Source: Gemmatimonadota bacterium (lineage in GTDB: Bacteria > Latescibacterota > UBA2968 > UBA8231). Taken from it: a stretch of 64,000 bases of DNA. The stretch's first letter is position 1. Each line of letters starts with the position of its first letter. Both the position numbers and the translations under genes were made by a program. The DNA is taken from positions 59,161 to 123,160 of the forward strand of contig JAYOYH010000009.1 in assembly GCA_038153405.1 (NCBI GenBank), read 5' to 3'. This document shows, piece by piece, positions 49,165-58,557 of the stretch. A model generated the notes under the pieces. That model had not been told where the DNA came from. It was given only the letters and a program-made list of their open reading frames with translations, and did not search any database.

Positions 49165-50169
49165 ATGAGCAAAAAATTCAAGGTGGGTTTGGTCGGTGCC
49201 GGTGGCATCGCGCGCGCGCACGCGGCTGCGTGCGCACAGGTAGAGGGCGTCGAATTGGTAGCGATGGCCGATGTTTCGCTGGAAAGCGCTCAGCGCCTCG
49301 GCGAGGAATTTGGCGTAGCCGCCTGCTATGCCGACGCGGCATCCATGCTCGACAGGGAAGCGCTGGATATTGCCATCATATGCACGTGGGGCGTCTTTCA
49401 CGCGCCCGTCGGCATTAAACTGGCGCGCTCGCAGCGCGTCCGGGCGATCCTGTGCGAGAAGCCCTTTACCCAAAGCGCCGACGAGGCGCGGAGTTTGGTG
49501 GCTGCCGCGGCCGAGCACGGCGTGTTGATAGCCGAGGCGTTTAAGTTCCGTCACCATCCGATGCACCTAAAGGCGCAGGCGCTGCTCGAGGTCGGTGCCA
49601 TTGGACGCCTGCTCAACGTGCGCAGCACGTTTTGCACGAGCGTGCCAGAGGCGAGTCGCCGCCCCGAGTTAAACTGGCGCTTTAATCGCCAGCAGGGAGG
49701 CGGCTCGATTTACGATTTGGCCTGTTATAACATCCACCACGCCCGCGCCGCGTTTGGCGAGGAGCCCGAGCGGATATTCGCCGTGCAGATACCCGGCGTA
49801 GAGGTCGACGATGCCGCCTTTATTTCGCTGGTCTTTAGCGGTGGCCGCACGGCGCAGATCTCCGTGGGCTTCAACGCCTGGGCATCGCAATATGCCGAGT
49901 TGGTGGGCGACGAAGGATCGCTCTATATCGAACAGGCGTGGAACAACGAAAATCAGGCAGTGCGTCTGCTGCAGCGCAGCCGCAGCGGAGAGGTTGTGCA
50001 CGAGTTTGCGCCGACGTTTCAGTTTGCGCTGCAACTGCAGCACCTGTGCCAATGCCTGCGCGAAGGCAGCGCACATAGAATCTCTCCACAGCACAGCATC
50101 GATCAGATGCGTGCATTGGATGCGGTGAAGCAGTCTATGCAGACGGGACGTGCAGTGGAACTGGGATAG
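49165..50169 (+). CDS. Gfo/Idh/MocA family oxidoreductase
   Basis: VGAGGIA, LCEKP, EAFKFRHHP and GGGSIYDLACY. Confidence 0.92.
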   Translation: MSKKFKVGLVGAGGIARAHAAACAQVEGVELVAMADVSLESAQRLGEEFGVAACYADAASMLDREALDIAIICTWGVFHAPVGIKLARSQRVRAILCEKPFTQSADEARSLVAAAAEHGVLIAEAFKFRHHPMHLKAQALLEVGAIGRLLNVRSTFCTSVPEASRRPELNWRFNRQQGGGSIYDLACYNIHHARAAFGEEPERIFAVQIPGVEVDDAAFISLVFSGGRTAQISVGFNAWASQYAELVGDEGSLYIEQAWNNENQAVRLLQRSRSGEVVHEFAPTFQFALQLQHLCQCLREGSAHRISPQHSIDQMRALDAVKQSMQTGRAVELG

Positions 50170-50616
50170 CGCGTACTCGGGCGGTGGGGCGCCGCCGATC
50201 TTTAAGCCGTGTGCGATGGGCCACGACGCAGGCGTTCTGCCGTGCGGCGTCGCAGGCGCGTGCGCCGCGCTAGGCCAAATGCGGACAACAAGTATTTCCA
50301 GAATCGCATAGTATAAAAGCACCTGTTTTTCGCGTTGTGGACTTAAGAGATAAGCCCTGTGGCGCACCTGCGCAAGCGACAAAATGGCACCATTTTATAA
50401 GTCGAGTTTCTTGGCGGACTTGTGCCGTGTATTTTTTTAAAGAGGCCATTGTGGGTCTCCCATTTTCGGGTGAATGACGGATGCATTGGCGCCGAACAAA
50501 CGGCGCGTGAAACAGCACAATAAAACGTATAAGTGATTTATAAACAATTTTTTATATAGAAACACCAAGTAGGTGATAATTTATTCAATGGTTCATGCAG
50601 GCCGCAGGGAAAAGAG

Positions 50617-51657
50617 GTGATGGCAATGGGTGTGCCAAACATATTTTTCATGGCGCCCCCGGGTTTTACGCGCGACTGGTTTTGGCGCGGGGCATCGCGC
50701 CGTCGCGCTGAGGAACTGGGCTATGTCGTGCGTCTCAACGAGTGTGCCGGTGCGATGGCCAAGAGCGACTGGGCTGAGCAGTTGGTCGGCGTCGAGGCCC
50801 TGCTGACTACATGGGGCTCGCCGCGTTTGGACGAGGAGATATTGTCTAAGAGTTCAGCGCTTAAGGTCGTCGGGCACGTCGGTGGTTCGGTGGCTAATAT
50901 CGTATCGCCGGCCCTCTACGAGCGCGGCGTGCGCGTGTGCACGGCCAACGCGCTGATGGCGCGCACGGTGGCCGAGTGGGCTTTGATGATGAGCATGGTC
51001 GCGCTGCGCCGGTTGCTCAGCTATGCGCAGTTTGGCGCTTCGAGCAGAGCGCTCGACTGGGCCGGCACGCGCGTCAATACGCCGCCGGCACATGCCACCG
51101 TTGGCATTTGGGGTTACGGCGATGTCGCGCGCGAATTGATTGCCCTACTGCGCCCGCTGGGCCCTACCCTATTGGTGTGCGATGAATACCTGAGTCCCGA
51201 GCAGGCCGTTCGAGAGGGCGTGGAGAGAACCGCGCTTGAAGACGTGCTGTCGCGCGCCGATGTGATCCACTGCCTGACCGGGTTGACGCCCCATACCAAG
51301 GGGCGCATTGGCGCGGCTGAACTGGCGCTGATAAAGGATGGGGCGACGCTGATCAACTGCGGGCGCGCACCCCTGATACGCGAAGAGGACCTCATTAGCG
51401 GGCTGCGCCAAGAGCGCTTTTGGGCCATTATGGACGTGTATGAAAACGAGCCGTTGGCATCCGACCATCCCTATCGCTCGATGCCCAACGTCGTGCTCAC
51501 GCCGCACAATGCCGGCTGCGGTCGCGACGAGTACTACCTAGCTGCTATGCTCGATGAATTTGCGCGCTTTTTTAGCGGCCAAGAACTGCAAATGGAGGTA
51601 GGATGGGACAGGGCGTCGCTGATGACGGATTCGTCGCTGCTGCGCGGGAGGAGCTAA
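50617..51657 (+). CDS. D-isomer-specific 2-hydroxyacid dehydrogenase family
   Basis: VGIWGYGDVA, LINCGR, DVYENEP and LTPHNAG; start may be 50620 or 50626. Confidence 0.9.
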   Translation: MMAMGVPNIFFMAPPGFTRDWFWRGASRRRAEELGYVVRLNECAGAMAKSDWAEQLVGVEALLTTWGSPRLDEEILSKSSALKVVGHVGGSVANIVSPALYERGVRVCTANALMARTVAEWALMMSMVALRRLLSYAQFGASSRALDWAGTRVNTPPAHATVGIWGYGDVARELIALLRPLGPTLLVCDEYLSPEQAVREGVERTALEDVLSRADVIHCLTGLTPHTKGRIGAAELALIKDGATLINCGRAPLIREEDLISGLRQERFWAIMDVYENEPLASDHPYRSMPNVVLTPHNAGCGRDEYYLAAMLDEFARFFSGQELQMEVGWDRASLMTDSSLLRGRS

Positions 51658-51687
51658 TCGCTACAGCGCTATGGGGCGCGCCCTGCG

Positions 51688-52020
51688 CTAGCGGATGAGC
51701 TGTTTCTTCACGTCGTCGCGCTTGATTTCGCGGCGCTGGTTTTCTTTCTGGTAGCTATTTAGCTCGCGTTGCAGGTCGCGCATTTTCTTTTCGCGCTTGG
51801 CCAACTTGCGCTCAGCTGACAGCTTGTTGCGCTCGCCGACGGCCCGCTGGGCAGCGGCGTTCTTGAGCTGGTTCATCATATGCGATTTTTGCATCTGCAC
51901 ATCTTTGACGCTCTGCTTCATGTGAATGATCAGCCGTATCGTCAGCACTTTGGCTATGATCGAGGCGAACATAAAAAAGAGCGCGCTAGACATCGCTATG
52001 ATTTCAAAGGTCCAGTCCAT
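51688..52020 (-). CDS. Small hypothetical protein: one N-terminal TM helix plus a basic coiled coil
   Basis: Hydrophobic IIAMSSALFFMFASIIAKVL followed by a K/R/E/Q-rich heptad region; start at 52020 is preferred because a sigma54-like site lies inside the longer ORF. Confidence 0.6.
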   Translation of the reverse strand: MDWTFEIIAMSSALFFMFASIIAKVLTIRLIIHMKQSVKDVQMQKSHMMNQLKNAAAQRAVGERNKLSAERKLAKREKKMRDLQRELNSYQKENQRREIKRDDVKKQLIR

Positions 52021-52057
52021 GGCATTGCTTTTGGCGTAGAAGCGGCTATAAAGAGGC

Positions 52058-52073
52058 TGCAAAAAGAGAGCCA
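52058..52073 (-). promoter_or_regulatory. Sigma54-like promoter of the small coiled-coil gene
   Basis: Minus strand TGGCTCTCTTTTTGCA (GG-N10-GC), 37 nt before ATG 52020. Confidence 0.5.
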
Positions 52074-52886
52074 CCATAAACAATATGGTTAATTTTGCTT
52101 GCATAACAAACAGTTATCTGTCATTTTGCGCGCGTATGGAAGCGGCATTGTCCCACGTTAAAGCACGAATTCGCCTCGGCAATGTCGCCAAATTGCCCTG
52201 TGCCACGAGCGATGGCCGAGGGGTATCGTGGACCGTTAGGCGACTGCGGAGCACTGCGACCAAAGGGCCAGCGAGGCTCTATCCGATGAGAGATTTTTTC
52301 TACTATGTAACTGACGGGCCTTAAAAAGCAGATGCGCAAGGCGCTCACCATATAGGCGTGTTCGAAGAGAACCTACCCAAGACCGTCGATGGTGTGGGCG
52401 ACTGCGCCAGAGCGCAGATGCGCGTTTTCGAAGACGGTTTGCCGGAAATAAAGTGCTTGGTGCGCTATGCCCAAAGCACCATCGCTTCAATCGAAACCGT
52501 CGACTGCATTGCTTAAGAAGGCGCGTTGAGCCTGAAAAAGGCGTCCGACTTATTGTGAAACTGCGTCGCTCAACCGAGGTGGCGGCCCATCAGATCTTCG
52601 ATATGTCCGATTCGGTAAACCCGCTGCTTGCGGCCCTGTCCGATGACCTGATCGATCTGAGCTGCGGCGATGCCGACTCCGTCCGTTTTCGCATTGCCGT
52701 AGGGGAGGGCACGTTTGACAGCCACGCCACGTTTCGCGCACGTCCGGGTGAAGGAGAGCCGGTTTGGTAGGTCGCCAATGGTGTCGGGCGCTGCCAATCC
52801 TGTGTGCTTTTTGGTGCTTGACGCTGTTAAAAGCTGTTTTATACCTTGAAGTATTCGTCCGATAACTCAATCTGGGAGTGTGGTAG

Positions 52887-54932
52887 TTGCAGGAGATAGT
52901 CAAGCTCGTTGGCCTGTGCGCCCTACTAATGCAGGCGATGCCGGTCCATGCCCAGCTGAGTAGTTGGAAGCTGGGCGGCAGCGGTCTGCCGTGGGCACAG
53001 CAGGATACGGTGCGCATCATGCTCGATGCCGAATCGCTACCCGGATCGATTCAGCCCGTCTACATCGACCCCGAAACAAACATTATATCGCTGCTTGAGG
53101 ATTGGTCTTTTCTGCGCCAGCCCAAGGAACTGGGCTACGTAGACGGCGAGCGGCCGCGCATATGGAAGTGGAACGAGGGCAACGGCGATCCCACTGAAAA
53201 CGGGGTTGCCCTCATCGATGCCGATAGCTCCACCTACAATTCATCGAAAGCCGAGAGCGTAGACAAGGTGTTCTTTACCATTGATCTCGGCGTGCCGGTG
53301 CCCGCCCACACCTTTGGTTTTCACACCCCCTCAAGCGGCTACCGCTCCGACGGCGCGGCGCTGCGCACCGACGCAACGCCGGCCTTTCAGATTTCTCTGC
53401 AGCAGGAAAATAGCGACCTATTTGGCGTCAAGGGCGGCTGGCCGTTGGAAAAGGTCATAGCCGAGCGGCAGGAGAATTTGGCGCCCGATGTGCTCGTCGA
53501 ATTTCCCCATCAGTATGCGCGCTTTTTTCGCTGGGTGCGCAAGCTCTCCATCATTGACGAGGAGGCGCTGCGCCGCGCCAGCGGCGGAGGCCAGGGCAAC
53601 CAGGCGCGCGCTCTACTGGGCACGATTAGCGAGTTTGAAGTCTACGGAGAGGGCGTGCCGCGCCGCGCCCTCTACAAGACCAAGATCATAGACCTAGGGG
53701 CGGAACAGAACTTCGGCCGGCTATTTTTTGCTGCCACGCCGATGCGCCGCTTCGCAGGCGCTTCGGTAGAGGCGCTGGATGCCAGCGCTGGCGTTCAGAT
53801 CGAAGCGCGCACGGGGCGAGACGACGACCCCAATATTTACCGCGAGTACACTGTTACCGGCAAAGAAAAAGTGGTTAGCCGCCAGCGCTACGAGAACGAG
53901 TTGCGGACCGGCTTTGAGCGCACCTGTGCATCGTGCGACTACGTGCAGCGCGCTCCGCGTCCGGGTATGCGCGCGACCATACTCTACGACAGCGATAACT
54001 GGACCTACTGGTCATCACCGATTGCGCAGTCTGGCGCATTGCTCGGCTTGGCCAGCGGTTCGCATATTCAGCTGCGCATTACTCTGAACAGCGAGGCGTT
54101 TGCCGATTTTGTTCGCCTGGATTCGCTGTGGATTGAAACGGCGCCGCTGCTGGCTGCGCGCGTGTTGGGCGAGATCGCTCTGCTAGACGAGCAGCGGCCA
54201 GCGCGTGGGGTGGCCGAAGTCGAACTGGGGCGCAGCATCGACTTCACCTACGACCTGCTGGCTGAGTTCACCGCTGTAGAACAGCGCGGCTTCGATTCGA
54301 TTTTTATCCGCACGGATACGCGCCCGGAGTTTAAGGCGCTGTGGATTGGCGACCAGCGCGTCGATCCGGCCGGTGTAGAGGAAGAGCGATCGGGGCTGCG
54401 CGTGCTGCTGCCGCGGCCCATTACGCGGACCGACAACGCCCCCTTGCGCATCGTATTTGCCGCCGAGGTATTTGAATTGGCGACGACGTTTCTCGGAGAG
54501 ATCAGCGATTCGCAGACGGAAGCACTTGCCCAGCCCATTGTCGGCGGCGATGCCAATGCCGAGGTCGAAACCAACAGCCTGCGTGTTATTAGCAGTGAAG
54601 GCGACACGCCGTCGCTGTTGCAGAATGTTAAATTTTCGACCCCTCTCCTGACGCCCAACGGCGACGGCGTACACGACGTGTTGGAGGTCCGCTACGCGCT
54701 CTACGGTTTGCCGGAGAGCGTGCCCGTAGAGCTGAGGATACATGCTTTAGACGGCCGCGCCGTTGCCGCCGTGCCGGTCGGAGAGCAGATGGCTGGAGTG
54801 CATGTGGCGCGCTGGGACGGTCGCAACGGCGCCGGGCATCAGGTGGCGCCGGGCATATATCTGGTTGCCATCGCTGTGCTATCGGAAGAGGCTAGCGGCC
54901 TGCGCCTGCGGCCCGTTGGCGTGGCCTATTAG
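52887..54932 (+). CDS. Secreted protein with discoidin-like N-region and C-terminal TPNGDG/FlgD-Ig domain
   Basis: Signal peptide (AHA/Q-type), FTIDLG, SEFEVYG and LTPNGDGVHD...WDGRN..G..VAPGIY; RBS GGGAG before the TTG. Confidence 0.78.
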   Translation: MQEIVKLVGLCALLMQAMPVHAQLSSWKLGGSGLPWAQQDTVRIMLDAESLPGSIQPVYIDPETNIISLLEDWSFLRQPKELGYVDGERPRIWKWNEGNGDPTENGVALIDADSSTYNSSKAESVDKVFFTIDLGVPVPAHTFGFHTPSSGYRSDGAALRTDATPAFQISLQQENSDLFGVKGGWPLEKVIAERQENLAPDVLVEFPHQYARFFRWVRKLSIIDEEALRRASGGGQGNQARALLGTISEFEVYGEGVPRRALYKTKIIDLGAEQNFGRLFFAATPMRRFAGASVEALDASAGVQIEARTGRDDDPNIYREYTVTGKEKVVSRQRYENELRTGFERTCASCDYVQRAPRPGMRATILYDSDNWTYWSSPIAQSGALLGLASGSHIQLRITLNSEAFADFVRLDSLWIETAPLLAARVLGEIALLDEQRPARGVAEVELGRSIDFTYDLLAEFTAVEQRGFDSIFIRTDTRPEFKALWIGDQRVDPAGVEEERSGLRVLLPRPITRTDNAPLRIVFAAEVFELATTFLGEISDSQTEALAQPIVGGDANAEVETNSLRVISSEGDTPSLLQNVKFSTPLLTPNGDGVHDVLEVRYALYGLPESVPVELRIHALDGRAVAAVPVGEQMAGVHVARWDGRNGAGHQVAPGIYLVAIAVLSEEASGLRLRPVGVAY

Positions 54933-54942
54933 GATGCCGATC

Positions 54943-57303
54943 ATGCATGCAATTAGCCTATGGACATGGACGGCGTTGGTGTGCCTTCTGTTGTTGGGCC
55001 CCGCGAGAGCAGAGGAGTTGGTTTTCAAGGGGGCCCAGACCTGGCAGCAGTGGCAGATTCCCTTTGGAGTGACCGAAGTCGGTGACGAGGGGCAACTGCG
55101 CCTGGTCAAGTACCGCAAGGATATCGATGCGGTGCGCAATGCCCATCGCTTTAGCTATGAGAGCAAGGGCAGAGGCGTGGTCAGCGGTGGAATTTGGGAA
55201 GCAGTTTCCAATCCATCGACAGCAGAGCAGATCATCGACGGCGACCCGACGACCTACTGGCGTCCCGACCCCGCTGACCAGGTAGAAGATTGGGCGATCG
55301 AGATCGATTTGGGTAGGACGGTGCTGGCCCGTGAGCTTCGCCTGCACTTTCCCGATGAAGAGGGCGCGCGTCCCTTTCGCCAGTTCACCGTCTACGCCAG
55401 CACGGGCGCGCGCATTTCGGTGCAAGAAGATTTGGTTATGCTGGAGCCCGTCTTTCGCACGACGCGCCCCAACTCGCAGGCCGAAATCGTCATTCCGCTC
55501 TCGTATGCTTCGCGCGATAGCGCGCTGATTCTTGACGAAGGAATAGAAATTGACCCGGTGGCAAAGAACGGCTATCGCGTCGTCCAGCGCATTCGCATCG
55601 AGGCAGAAGAAAAATCGCCCGATGCCGCTCTTGCCGAAGTTTCGGTGCGCGCTATCGGCGACAATATCAGCATCGGTGCCGAGCAGCGCGGCAGCTTTGT
55701 AAACGGCATTAACTCCGTAGACCCACAAAATCTGTTCGACGGAGATATGAACACCAACAACCTGATCGGCTCGTCCTATGGCAGCTTGGGTTGGAAAGAG
55801 GGCGGCGTGTGGTTTGGCGTCGATTTGGGTGCGACGTTCTTCGTCGACGAGTTTTTCCTCTATTCGTTTAAATCGGACGAGGGCTTGGTCGGCTACTCGA
55901 TCAACGGAACGGGCCCCGGCCACACGGTGCTGTATTCCGATGGGGCGCAGGTGCTGCAGTCGGGTCTGCCCGTGCCGGGTGCTTTCGACTATAGCGAATT
56001 GCTGACGCATATCAATCCCAACGGCGATCGCCTACTCTATATCCGCTACATCTTCAGGCCGCGTAAGATGCGCTACTTTTTTTGGCACGGCATTCGCGAC
56101 ACGGGTTGGGGCATCGTTAAATGGGGTGAATTCATGCTCTTTTCACCCGGTCATCCGGCCGAGGTCGTGCTGCACTCTCCCTTTATCGATCTGGGTGAGG
56201 AAGCCGGCGACGGTCGGCCCAAGGTGATCAAGGGCCTACACTGGGATGCGGACCTGCCCCCCGGAGCCAAGCTGCAACTGCGCTCGCGCTCGGGCAATAC
56301 GCTGAATCCGCTCTACACGTTCTATGACCGCAAGGGCGATGAAGTCACCGAGGAAAAGTGGAACAGTTCGCCTAAAGTACTGCGCGGATCCATTGATACG
56401 GCGCTAGTCGTCGGTGACGACTGGGGTGGATGGAGCAATGTCTATCAGACGTCGGGCGAGGCCTTTCAGTCGGAAAGTCCGCGGCGCTATGTGCTGTTGG
56501 AGATGATTATGGGCACCGACAATCCGCAGGTGGGTCCGCAGGTCAATTCGCTGACCATCGAGTACGAGCAGGCGCTTGTACAGGACGCGCGCGGCCGGAT
56601 TTGGCCGCAGCAGGCCGCGGTCAACGAGCCGACGCTTTTTGCCTACACGGTGCTGTCGGACGGCGACGGCGAGGACAGTGGCTTTGATCGAGTGCGCTTA
56701 GTGGTGCCCGAAGCGCCGCACATCGACGACGTTGGCGTGCAGATCGGTGGCGTCGATATACAGCCCGAAGCGGTCGCGCTCGTCGGCGACTCGCTGCTGG
56801 TCGATCTCGGTCGGTCCGTCGCACGCGACTCGGTGCAGATATCCTTTAATACACAGCTAGTGAAAAACGCCACTGCCGTCAGCGCCGACCTGGGTCTTTC
56901 CAGTCGGCCTGGGCTATGGCAGTCGGTCGAGCCGGCCATGCGTCGTTCGAATGTCATCATGCTGCCCAATCTAGTGGGGCAGGAGGAGCTGATTGGCGAT
57001 GTAGAACTCGCCTCTGCGGTTATTACGCCCAACGGCGACGGCGTGCACGATGCGCTCGACCTGCGCTTTGTCGTCTACAAGGCTAGCCGCGTGGAGCCGG
57101 TGCTGCATATCTTCGACCTAGCGGGGCGTCGCCTTGCCGCGCGCGCGGGTGTAAGTGAAGCTGGACAGTGGCAGCTGCGCTGGGATGGCCGCAGCGACGC
57201 GTCCGGTGGCATAGTGGCACCGGGTTCCTACGTGTATCGGATTTCACTAGGCACGGATGCGGGAGACGACGAACGCACGGGTACGATTGCCGTGGTCTAC
57301 TAA
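54943..57303 (+). CDS. Secreted protein, distant paralogue of the upstream gene, with two discoidin-like regions and a C-terminal TPNGDG/FlgD-Ig domain
   Basis: Signal peptide (ARA/E), IIDGDPTTYW..IEIDLGR, LFDGD...VDLG and ITPNGDGVHD...WDGRS..VAPGSY. Confidence 0.8.
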   Translation: MHAISLWTWTALVCLLLLGPARAEELVFKGAQTWQQWQIPFGVTEVGDEGQLRLVKYRKDIDAVRNAHRFSYESKGRGVVSGGIWEAVSNPSTAEQIIDGDPTTYWRPDPADQVEDWAIEIDLGRTVLARELRLHFPDEEGARPFRQFTVYASTGARISVQEDLVMLEPVFRTTRPNSQAEIVIPLSYASRDSALILDEGIEIDPVAKNGYRVVQRIRIEAEEKSPDAALAEVSVRAIGDNISIGAEQRGSFVNGINSVDPQNLFDGDMNTNNLIGSSYGSLGWKEGGVWFGVDLGATFFVDEFFLYSFKSDEGLVGYSINGTGPGHTVLYSDGAQVLQSGLPVPGAFDYSELLTHINPNGDRLLYIRYIFRPRKMRYFFWHGIRDTGWGIVKWGEFMLFSPGHPAEVVLHSPFIDLGEEAGDGRPKVIKGLHWDADLPPGAKLQLRSRSGNTLNPLYTFYDRKGDEVTEEKWNSSPKVLRGSIDTALVVGDDWGGWSNVYQTSGEAFQSESPRRYVLLEMIMGTDNPQVGPQVNSLTIEYEQALVQDARGRIWPQQAAVNEPTLFAYTVLSDGDGEDSGFDRVRLVVPEAPHIDDVGVQIGGVDIQPEAVALVGDSLLVDLGRSVARDSVQISFNTQLVKNATAVSADLGLSSRPGLWQSVEPAMRRSNVIMLPNLVGQEELIGDVELASAVITPNGDGVHDALDLRFVVYKASRVEPVLHIFDLAGRRLAARAGVSEAGQWQLRWDGRSDASGGIVAPGSYVYRISLGTDAGDDERTGTIAVVY

Positions 57304-57341
57304 CCGGCCCGATGCGCACAGCTTGTGATACGAATGAAATA

Positions 57342-57372
57342 AAGTCCCCGAGCGCCTAGCGCTGGGGGACTT
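57342..57372. terminator. Stem-loop after the FlgD-domain gene pair
   Basis: AAGTCCCC-g-AGCGC-cta-GCGCT-g-GGGGACTT. Confidence 0.6.
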
Positions 57373-57471
57373 ATGCGCATTGTAGGCGCGGCTCTTTGTT
57401 CAGGGTATTGCGCCTGCCTACATTTGTCCGTCTAATGCGCGGTAATCCACCCTTTCTCAGGAGTCGACTGC

Positions 57472-58524
57472 ATGACCGTTCGCAATTTGAGCCCGCAGCA
57501 GATGTTTATTCGCCTGGCCGAAGACCACGTGCCCGAGCATCGCTTCCAGGGCAAGAACAGAAAGCAGTTTACCAGCTGGAAGCGTCGGGCCAAGCCTAAG
57601 GTGCTGGCTACGCTGGGTGATTTTCCCGACGGCGTGCCGCCCCGTCCCGAGCTCTTGGCCGAGTGGGAAGAGAAAGGCCTGCGCCGTCAGCGCTGGATTA
57701 TCGATGTGCAACAGCATCTGTCGGCGACCTTGTTGGTCAACTATCCGGCCGATATGAAGCGCGGTGAAAAACGCCCGGCTATTCTCTGCTGCCACGGACA
57801 TGGACCCTACGGCAAAGAGCCGGTTATGGGCAACGACTCCAGCCCGGCACTGCGCGATAATATGGTGCAGCACCAGTATAATTATGGCCAGATCATGGCC
57901 CAGCAAGGCTTTATTACCTATGCCATCGACTGGATGGGCTTTGGCGAGCGCAACGAGGGGCAGAAGCACAACTTGCGCTCGACGGCAGGCAATCGCGACT
58001 GGTGTAATGTCTACTACCTGCACGCGACCATGCTGGGCATGACCTCGATCTCGATCAACGTAGCGCACGGTCGGGCGGCGACGGATGTGGTATGCAAGCT
58101 GCCGGGCGTAGACGGCACTAGGCTGGGTGTGATGGGCCTTAGTGGCGGCGGTACCATGACACTGTGGATGGCGCTGTGCGATGCGCGCTTTAGGGCGGCC
58201 GAGATCATTTGCTATAGCGATCTGTGGGCGACCTTTGGCGTGCGCGATCTCAACTACTGCGGTATGCAGGTGGCACCGGGCCTGTTCAAGCTAATGGATC
58301 TGCCCGACGTGCAAGGTCTGATCGCGCCGCGCCCTCTATTGATTGGCATTGGCGTGCACGATACCTGCTTTAAGGTCGATACGGCGATGCGCTGCTACAA
58401 GCAGGTGGAGGCGATTTACAAAGCAGCGGGTGTCGCCGACCGGCTGGAGCTCGATCTGCATCCGGGTGAGCACGGCTGGGGCGGCAATAAATCGGCAGAC
58501 TTTTTCGGGCGCCACCTGTCCTAA
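57472..58524 (+). CDS. Alpha/beta hydrolase (dienelactone hydrolase / acetylxylan-esterase-like)
   Basis: PAILCCHGHG, GFGER, nucleophile GLSGGG, IAPRPLLI and HPGEH. Confidence 0.88.
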   Translation: MTVRNLSPQQMFIRLAEDHVPEHRFQGKNRKQFTSWKRRAKPKVLATLGDFPDGVPPRPELLAEWEEKGLRRQRWIIDVQQHLSATLLVNYPADMKRGEKRPAILCCHGHGPYGKEPVMGNDSSPALRDNMVQHQYNYGQIMAQQGFITYAIDWMGFGERNEGQKHNLRSTAGNRDWCNVYYLHATMLGMTSISINVAHGRAATDVVCKLPGVDGTRLGVMGLSGGGTMTLWMALCDARFRAAEIICYSDLWATFGVRDLNYCGMQVAPGLFKLMDLPDVQGLIAPRPLLIGIGVHDTCFKVDTAMRCYKQVEAIYKAAGVADRLELDLHPGEHGWGGNKSADFFGRHLS

Positions 58525-58557
58525 GGGGCGACCGGTTCATGCACGGGGAAATCAAAT

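Noticed and set aside
50385..50400. TGGCACCATTTTATAA as a sigma54 promoter
   Set aside because: It has the -24 element but no GC at -12.
53925..53940. CASCD as a possible heme-binding site
   Set aside because: There is no His after CxxC, so it is at most a disulfide or metal site.
54958..56010. Long antisense ORFs (also 32622-33692, 39024-39908, 11000-11827, 7069-7845)
   Set aside because: They lie opposite well-supported genes, have no motifs, and are expected in GC-rich DNA.
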